A stretch of 64,000 nt of DNA from the NCBI GenBank assembly GCA_016748015.1, contig JAAOMT010000226.1, positions 726,604 to 790,603 on the forward strand. The letters run 5' to 3'. The notes under the pieces are model-generated. The model worked only from the letters and a program-made list of their open reading frames with translations, was not told where the DNA came from and did not search any database. This stretch comes from Geosiphon pyriformis uo1 (taxonomy: Eukaryota; Fungi; Glomeromycota). Positions 63,290 to 64,000 of this stretch are shown in pieces; position 1 is the stretch's first letter; every line of letters begins with the position of its first letter. A program made the position numbers and the translations under genes.

Positions 63290-64000
63290 AACAGTTCTTC
63301 ACATTGGAGTATTGAGTTTTGGAGCACTTTGTATAACATTTTGGCACAAATATGCAGAACAATTTTCTTTTTTTTACTAGTGCCAATACTCCAAGTGCTC
63401 ATAATATTAAGCATCAACAATATGTTGATACTTTCTGGTTGTCACCACAGCAATCATTTTAACCAGTTTTTCAAGAAAAATGTTGCATCACCACTCAACA
63501 AACTCATTGGATGACTTGAATTAAGAAATTCTAAACAAGAAATTGGTTAGAGTTTTTGCAATTCCGTCACAAATCTGACTTCACCTCCCGCCAGAACGAG
63601 CAGGAGCATTTAAATGGTTATATAAGCGAATTATTGACCAGGCAGCTGACAAAACATGGTCTCAAAAGGCTGTTAATGCATTCAAAGATTTTGAGGTTTG
63701 TATATTCTATTTATTTATAAGTGATTATACGCTTTATACATTACAATAATATTCTTTCTCAATTAACCATCACAATCAACCAATTTTGGACTAAGCTCAA
63801 GTCTACTAATCCACAAAAGGTTGGTATACAATTTTCTGCTGCATATTTCTTTATTACTGTGAAATCTAATTTTATTATTTTATAGAAAATGCAAAAGAGA
63901 AAATATTTCAACTGCTCTTTTGAACTCTCCAAAATTGCATCAATCTTTAAGGAAATAAAAACGAAATTCATTCCTCATACATTATCTAATAATGATAATT
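63290..64000 (+). pseudogene. Disrupted coding-like fragment of unknown family
   Basis: Coding-like stretch WLEFLQFRHKSDFTSRQNEQEHLNGYISELL with stops upstream and exon-like blocks running off the window. Confidence 0.3.

Noticed and set aside
1-64000. tRNA, rRNA, CRISPR arrays, prokaryotic operons
   Set aside because: None recognised; the sequence is eukaryotic with spliceosomal introns.

Overview
AT-rich, intron-rich eukaryotic (fungal) genomic DNA. Gene style and repeat content suggest Mucoromycota, probably Glomeromycotina or Geosiphon-like (inference only). The left 8 kb holds housekeeping genes: the 3' part of a Boi1/Pob1-like PH protein, palmitoyl-protein thioesterase, and an SH3-proline-rich-EH protein. 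From about 13 to 44 kb is a gene-sparse island of secreted or surface proteins. Its main element is five paralogous small secreted Asn/Gly-repeat proteins (NxGxx / NxGxxNGxx repeats, four with a C-x8-C cap); three are spliced and so are only partly or not at all visible in the ORF track. The island also has a Cys-rich GPI-type protein, an M28 aminopeptidase and an RlpA/DPBB expansin-like protein. Three paralogous single-Myb genes lie at 42, 46 and 60 kb, the last head-to-head with a compact, intron-containing C5 DNA methyltransferase. Mobile DNA comprises a pogo-like element with TIRs, three Tc1-like elements, a MITE derived from one of them, two Fanzor/TnpB relics, and very AT-rich blocks. 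One such block contains a LINE ORF1-like relic whose Trp, Cys and His codons appear converted to TAA/TAT by C>T and G>A changes (RIP-like). Main candidates for novelty: (1) the Asn/Gly repeat secreted family; (2) RIP-like repeat hypermutation together with a stand-alone C5-MTase in a lineage where RIP is not established. Exon boundaries were read by eye and need RNA-seq confirmation.
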